DNA of 64,000 nt from Bacillota bacterium (GTDB taxonomy: Bacteria > Bacillota > Bacilli > ZCTH02-B2), in NCBI GenBank assembly GCA_017577895.2, contig PKQY02000005.1, positions 2,336 to 66,335 of the forward strand. The letters run 5' to 3'. The translations under genes and the position numbers were made by a program. Of the stretch, positions 59,610-64,000 are shown piece by piece (positions within the stretch are counted from its first letter, which is position 1; each line of letters starts with the position of its first letter). The notes under the pieces are model-generated. The model was not told the DNA's origin. It did not search any database and saw only the letters and a program-made list of their open reading frames with translations.

Positions 59610-60251
59610 TTACCGGCCGTTCTCCAAGGCGTCCAACGCTGCCCGGACGGCTTTTAAATCTTCCCATGCTTCCACTTTTTTCGCCGGATTGCGCAACAAA
59701 TAGGCCGGATGATACGTGGCCATCATCCGCACGCCGTTGCGCTCAAACCACTGGCCGCGGATTTTCGTAATTTTGGCGTTGCGATCGATGATGGCCCGAG
59801 TCGCCGCCGCACCGAGGGTGAGCAGCAGCCGGGGGCGGATGACCGCAAATTGTTGACGGAGAATCGGGATGCACGCGTCCATTTCCTCGTCAAACGGCGT
59901 TCGGTTGTTGGGCGGGCGGCACTTGACGATGTTGGTGATGTACACGTCTTCCCGCCGCAAGTTAATCGCCGCCAACATTTTTGTCAACAGCTGGCCAGCC
60001 CTTCCAACAAACGGTTCCCCTTGCAAATCTTCCTGCTCTCCGGGCCCTTCGCCGACAATCATCAGCGGCGAATCGGGATTGCCGACACCGAACACCATTT
60101 GCGTCCGGCCTTGATGCAACGGGCAGCGGGTACAATGCAAATAATATTGCCGCAACATCTCCAGCTGCTCCCGTTTCCGGTCCCCCAAAGCCGCTCCCCC
60201 CCTCCAGCCCGTAAATCCGCCATGATTCGCTTCAATTTTGCTGTCAGCCAA
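59610..60251 (-). CDS. Uracil-DNA glycosylase, family 4
   Basis: CTRCPLH..R...VFGVGNPDSPLMIVGEGPGEQEDLQGEPFVGRAG and HPAYLLR motifs. Confidence 0.9.
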   Translation of the reverse strand: MADSKIEANHGGFTGWRGGAALGDRKREQLEMLRQYYLHCTRCPLHQGRTQMVFGVGNPDSPLMIVGEGPGEQEDLQGEPFVGRAGQLLTKMLAAINLRREDVYITNIVKCRPPNNRTPFDEEMDACIPILRQQFAVIRPRLLLTLGAAATRAIIDRNAKITKIRGQWFERNGVRMMATYHPAYLLRNPAKKVEAWEDLKAVRAALDALENGR

Positions 60252-60282
60252 ACACCGTTTCAGGCAAAAGCCGTTACAAATG

Positions 60283-60323
60283 AAAAACGCGACTCCTCAT
60301 TGAACGAGCAATGAGAAACCGCG
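60283..60323 (-). terminator. Intrinsic terminator downstream of tRNA-Leu
   Basis: Minus strand CGCGGTTTCTCATTG-ctcgtt-CAATGAGGAGTCGCG followed by TTTTT (internal mismatches). Confidence 0.6.
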
Positions 60324-60372
60324 TTAAAAACAAAGTATGTATCCCCCTTGCAATAAGTGGAAGGAGTGAAAA

Positions 60373-60458
60373 TGGTGCCGAAGGTGGGAGTCGAACCCAC
60401 ATGGTCAAAGACCACACGATTTTGAGTCGTGCGCGTCTGCCAATTCCGCCACTTCGGC
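60373..60458 (-). tRNA. tRNA-Leu (anticodon CAA), type II with long variable arm, CCA encoded
   Basis: GCCGAAGTGGCGGAATTGGCAGACGCGCACGACTCAAAATCGTGTGGTCTTTGACCATGTGGGTTCGACTCCCACCTTCGGCACCA. Acceptor GCCGAAG/CTTCGGC, anticodon stem CACGA/TCGTG with loop CTCAAAA, T-arm GTGGG-TTCGACT-CCCAC. Confidence 0.95.
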
Positions 60459-60498
60459 TCGTTGAGGGTAACTTGTATCATCGCTGTCGACAAGAGAC

Positions 60499-60527
60499 AT
60501 ATTAGCAAATCGGACAACTTTCGTCAA
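60499..60527 (-). promoter_or_regulatory. Sigma-A-type promoter for tRNA-Leu
   Basis: Minus strand TTGACG-17 nt-TAATAT, about 40 nt upstream of the mature 5' end. Confidence 0.6.
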
Positions 60528-60582
60528 GCATGTTTATTTTTTTTCCAGTCCATTTTTTTCACCATTTGGAAAGTCGGAGCCC

Positions 60583-60612
60583 TTGTCACATTCCTAATAA
60601 ACAAAATATAAT
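60583..60612 (+). promoter_or_regulatory. Possible sigma-A promoter for the amino-acid ABC operon
   Basis: TTGTCA-18 nt-TATAAT in an AT-rich intergenic region. Confidence 0.45.
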
Positions 60613-60660
60613 AATGCATATCTATTAACTATGATTATAGATTAAGGAGTGGAAACCGAC

Positions 60661-61554
60661 ATGCGACATCAAGCATTACGTACTTTCAAGACATGGTTGA
60701 CGCTCTTCACATTAATCCTCAGCCTCGGCATGATCTTGGCCGCTTGCGGCAGCAACCAAAGCGAAAGCGCGCCGCCGGCAAAACAAACCCAAGAGGAGCC
60801 ATCGGCCCAAAACGACACGGGCACCAATGAATCATCCAATCTGTTGGACGAAATCAAAGCCCGCGGGAAAATCACCGTCGGCATCATGGGCACCTATCCG
60901 CCGTACAACTTTCTCAACGAAAACAAGGAAATGGACGGCTTTGACGCCGACATTGCCAAAGAAATCGCCAAACGCTTGGGCGTAGAAGTGGAATTTGTGC
61001 CGCAAGAATGGTCCGGGATGATTGCCGGTTTGAAACAAGGTAAATTTGACGTCGTCATCAGCCAGATGGCCATCACCGAGGAACGGAAAGCCGAAATGGA
61101 TTTTTCCGATCCGTACATTAAAAACTCGGTGCGGATCATCGTACAAGATTCCCGCGACGATATTCAATCCTTGGAAGATTTTAAAGGCAAAAAGATTGGC
61201 GTGGGGCTCGGCACCAACGACGAAACGTATTTGCGGACCAAAGTATTGCCCGAATATGGCCCGTTTGAAATTAAGACGTATAATGATGTCATCACGTCCC
61301 TCATGGACCTCAACGCCGGCCGGATCGACGCCACCATTAACAACATGTACGCCATCAAACCGCTGGTGGAGAAAAACGGCTTCAAGATCAAAGCGGTCGG
61401 GGAGCCGGTGAAGTCGGACTACGCCGGTATCGCCATGCGCAAAGGCAATCCGGAACTGCAACAAGCCATCAACGAAGCCCTGGCTTCCATGAAGGAAGAC
61501 GGCACTTACGAAGCCATTTTCAAAAAATGGTTCGGTGAAGCGCCGCAGGAGTAA
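60661..61554 (+). CDS. Polar amino-acid ABC transporter substrate-binding lipoprotein (family 3 SBP)
   Basis: Lipobox ILAACGS and GTYPPYNF...GFDADIAKEIAKRLG motifs. SD TAAGGAGTGG + ATG at 60661. Confidence 0.88.
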   Translation: MRHQALRTFKTWLTLFTLILSLGMILAACGSNQSESAPPAKQTQEEPSAQNDTGTNESSNLLDEIKARGKITVGIMGTYPPYNFLNENKEMDGFDADIAKEIAKRLGVEVEFVPQEWSGMIAGLKQGKFDVVISQMAITEERKAEMDFSDPYIKNSVRIIVQDSRDDIQSLEDFKGKKIGVGLGTNDETYLRTKVLPEYGPFEIKTYNDVITSLMDLNAGRIDATINNMYAIKPLVEKNGFKIKAVGEPVKSDYAGIAMRKGNPELQQAINEALASMKEDGTYEAIFKKWFGEAPQE

Positions 61555-61579
61555 ACGCAGCCAAGGGAGGCTGTCGACG

Positions 61580-62224
61580 TTGCAACTCGTCTTGGAAAAT
61601 CTCCCGTTTTTGCTCAAGGGAGCTTGGTACACCCTCTTCATCACCATTGTCTCCATGGCCTTTGGCCTCGTCATCGGCCTCATCGCCGCTTTGTGCCGGT
61701 TGAAAGGAAACCGGCTGCTGCAAGCATTGGCAAAGGGATATGTCTCGGTCATTCGAGGCACTCCCTTGCTGGTGCAAATTTTTATCATTTATTACGGTCT
61801 GGTGGACTTCGGCATCCGGCTGGAGCCGCTGCCGGCAGCCATTATTGCCCTCAGCATCAACATCGGCGCCTACTTGTCGGAAACGTTCCGGGGCGCCATT
61901 TTGTCTGTTCCGAAAGGACAGACGGAAGCGGCCCTGGCACTGGGCATGACCCCTTGGCAGACGATGCGCCGCATCGTATTGCCGCAAGCGGCGCGTGTCG
62001 CCATTCCGCCCATGGGTAACACGTTTATCGGCATGCTGAAAGAAACGTCCTTAGTCTCGGTCATCGCCGTCACCGAGCTGCTCCGGCAGGCGCAACTGTT
62101 GATCGCCCAATATTACGTCATCATGCCGTTTTATTTGGCCATCGCGCTGATGTACTGGCTGATGAGTACGCTGTTTTCCGCCATCCTCGGTTACTTGGAG
62201 AAACGATTGTCACGGGCATACTAA
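61580..62224 (+). CDS. Amino-acid ABC transporter permease (His/Glu/Gln/Arg/opine family)
   Basis: RGTPLLVQIFIIYYGL and the EAA-loop EAALALGMTPWQTMRRIVLPQA. TTG at 61580 after GGGAGG. Confidence 0.88.
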   Translation: MQLVLENLPFLLKGAWYTLFITIVSMAFGLVIGLIAALCRLKGNRLLQALAKGYVSVIRGTPLLVQIFIIYYGLVDFGIRLEPLPAAIIALSINIGAYLSETFRGAILSVPKGQTEAALALGMTPWQTMRRIVLPQAARVAIPPMGNTFIGMLKETSLVSVIAVTELLRQAQLLIAQYYVIMPFYLAIALMYWLMSTLFSAILGYLEKRLSRAY

Positions 62225-62249
62225 GATAACACAGAGGCAGGGATAGGCA

Positions 62250-63020
62250 TTGATTGTGACGGAACACCTGGGCAAATCGTTCGGGGACAAGATCGTTTTG
62301 GAGGGCATCAACTTGCGGGTGGCCAAACAAGAAATCGTCGTCATCGTCGGCCCCAGCGGTTCCGGCAAAAGCACGTTGTTGCGCTGTTTGAACGGCCTGG
62401 AAACGATTTCGGCCGGCCGCCTGACCGTCGACGGCATCACGATTTCTGCCGACATGCCGCCCAAAGAACGGAAACGCCGGGTGGCGGAAATCCGCAAAAA
62501 AATGGGGATGGTGTTCCAAAACTTCAATTTGTTTCCCCACAAGACGGTTCTGGAAAACATCATCGAAGCGCCCCTCATCGTCAAACGGCTCCCCAAACCC
62601 GAGGCCGTGGCCATCGCCGAAGAACTGTTGCAGAAAGTGGGGCTCTTGGACAAACGGGACGAATATCCGTCCCGACTTTCCGGCGGACAGCAACAACGGG
62701 TGGCCATCGCCCGTGCGCTGGCCATGCAGCCGGACATCATGCTGTTTGACGAGCCCACCTCGGCGTTGGATCCGGAGCTGGTCGGCGAAGTGTTGGAAGT
62801 CATCCGCCACCTGGCCTCGGAAGGCATGACGATGGTCATCGTCACCCATGAAATGGGGTTTGCCCGCGACGTAGCGGATCGGATCGTCTTCATGAGCGAC
62901 GGAAAAATCGTGGAAGAAAGCGATCCGGAGCAGTTTTTCACCGCGCCGCAATCGGAGCGGGCCCGCAAGTTTTTGCGGCAGTTGTCCCACGGCGCCGAAA
63001 ACCATCCATGGAGGGAATAA
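62250..63020 (+). CDS. Amino-acid ABC transporter ATP-binding protein
   Basis: GPSGSGKSTLLRC, LSGGQQQRVAIARAL and MLFDEPTSALDPE motifs. Confidence 0.93.
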   Translation: MIVTEHLGKSFGDKIVLEGINLRVAKQEIVVIVGPSGSGKSTLLRCLNGLETISAGRLTVDGITISADMPPKERKRRVAEIRKKMGMVFQNFNLFPHKTVLENIIEAPLIVKRLPKPEAVAIAEELLQKVGLLDKRDEYPSRLSGGQQQRVAIARALAMQPDIMLFDEPTSALDPELVGEVLEVIRHLASEGMTMVIVTHEMGFARDVADRIVFMSDGKIVEESDPEQFFTAPQSERARKFLRQLSHGAENHPWRE

Positions 63021-63022
63021 AC

Positions 63023-63448
63023 ATGCATGTACGGACGGAATGGCGAGGAAAACGGCAATTTGAAGCGCTGACCCCGTCCGGCCATCGCGTCCCAATGGAC
63101 GCCAGCCCCTCGGCCGGGGGGGACGGGGCCGCCCCTACCCCGCTGGAACTGGTGCTGGTCGGATTGACCGGATGCATGGGCATCGATGTCGTCATGATTT
63201 TGGAAAAAATGCGGCACCAGGTCGATGCCGTCGCGTTGGAGGCGGATGCCCGGCGGCAGGAAGAACCGCCCAAGGCCATCACGCACGTGCAATTGACCGT
63301 GTCTATTGACGGCGACGTCCCGCCTCATCATGCTTGGCGGGCCGTCAACTTGAGCCTGTCCAAATATTGCTCGGTGGCCCATTCTTTGCACGCCACCATC
63401 CGCCCGAAGCTCGTCTTGAACGGGACAGAAGTGCCGGAAAAGGAATAA
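63023..63448 (+). CDS. OsmC-family peroxiredoxin-like protein
   Basis: PTPLELVLVGLTGCMGIDV...SKYCSVAHSL, the two-Cys OsmC pattern. SD GGAGGGAA + ATG at 63023. Confidence 0.85.
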   Translation: MHVRTEWRGKRQFEALTPSGHRVPMDASPSAGGDGAAPTPLELVLVGLTGCMGIDVVMILEKMRHQVDAVALEADARRQEEPPKAITHVQLTVSIDGDVPPHHAWRAVNLSLSKYCSVAHSLHATIRPKLVLNGTEVPEKE

Positions 63449-63485
63449 GACTTCCTATACGTTCCGCCATGATTTGACCCGTAAG

Positions 63486-63528
63486 AAAAAGGCCTTGCTG
63501 TACGAACCGCCGACAGCAAGGCCTTTTT
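63486..63528. terminator. Bidirectional intrinsic terminator
   Basis: AAAAA-GGCCTTGCTG-tacgaaccgccga-CAGCAAGGCC-TTTTT between convergent genes. Confidence 0.85.
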
Positions 63529-63537
63529 GTCACTTTT

Positions 63538-64000
63538 TTATGCTGATTCAAACAGCCGCCGCAAGCCTTGGCGGTAGCTTCCGTCGGCGTCGGGATAAAC
63601 AATTCCCTTCTCCGTGATGATGGCTGTGACCAAGTGATGAGGGGTCACATCAAACGCCGGGTTGTACACGCGCACCCCTTCCGGCGCCGTCCGGCGGCCA
63701 AAACCGTGGGTCACCTCTTCCGGCGGCCGCTCCTCGATGGGGATCTCTTTCCCCGTGGCCGTGTTCAGGTCGATGGAAGACAAAGGCGCGGCCACATAAA
63801 AGGGAATGCCGTGGGCCTTGGCCAGCACGGCGAGGCCGTACGTGCCGATCTTGTTGGCCACATCGCCGTTGGCGGCCACCCGGTCAGTGCCGACGATGAC
63901 CGCCTGCACCCATCCGTTGGCCATGACCGCCGCCGCCATGTTGTCGCAAATCAGCGTCACATCGATGCCCGCCTGTTGCAGCTCCCACGCCGTCAGGCGG
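63538..64000 (-). CDS. mtnA: Methylthioribose-1-phosphate isomerase, C-terminal part (5' end outside window)
   Basis: [37 protein letters not shown]...[21 protein letters not shown]. The reading frame stays open to the window edge. Confidence 0.9.
   Translation of the reverse strand, partial: RLTAWELQQAGIDVTLICDNMAAAVMANGWVQAVIVGTDRVAANGDVANKIGTYGLAVLAKAHGIPFYVAAPLSSIDLNTATGKEIPIEERPPEEVTHGFGRRTAPEGVRVYNPAFDVTPHHLVTAIITEKGIVYPDADGSYRQGLRRLFESA

Noticed and set aside
58594-60372. Possible genomic island integrated at tRNA-Leu (MBL hydrolase and UDG downstream of the tRNA)
   Set aside because: No integrase or recombinase, no direct repeat of the tRNA 3' end, and no compositional break. Both genes look like ordinary housekeeping genes.

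Overview
GC-rich Firmicutes (Bacillales-type) chromosomal segment carrying about 60 protein genes, mostly on the minus strand, in tight operons with several ATGA stop/start overlaps. Gene order mirrors two Bacillus subtilis blocks: yerA-yerB-yerC-pcrB-pcrA-ligA-yerH (1-10.5 kb) and yheD-yheC ... yheH/yheI-type ABC pair (19-27 kb). Other content: trxA; a stand-alone TrpB2-type enzyme next to a short hybrid-cluster protein (hcp); an acyl-CoA dehydrogenase/enoyl-CoA hydratase cluster; the menaquinone operon menF-D-H-B-E; niaR; an M42 peptidase; a DUF3311 + sodium:solute symporter pair; purE-purK alone; ctaA, maf, purU, comFB-family, queG and rnhA; an ABC_ATPase-family protein; pepV; a family-4 UDG; one tRNA-Leu(CAA); a polar amino-acid ABC transporter; OsmC; and a partial mtnA. 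The ORF track cannot show the clearest non-coding element, a canonical TPP riboswitch with its own promoter and terminator. It sits ahead of a complete thiamin-pyrimidine salvage operon (ylmB-like M20 deformylase, tenA, thiZ/X/Y). Two internally deleted gene relics are present: a sigma-54 activator and an acyl-CoA ligase. There are also two unlisted small ORFs below 60 aa, several perfect palindromes that are operator candidates (CRP/FNR-type upstream of hcp, cre-like, GAATGA-type), and short perfect tandem duplications. I found no CRISPR array, IS element, prophage or recognisable defence island. I see no convincing novel multi-gene system; this looks like core genome. The best function-unknown leads are the YheD/YheC ATP-grasp pair, the ABC_ATPase protein and the small ORFs. 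All coordinates, motifs and family calls come from reading the sequence and translations by eye. No database search or folding computation was run.
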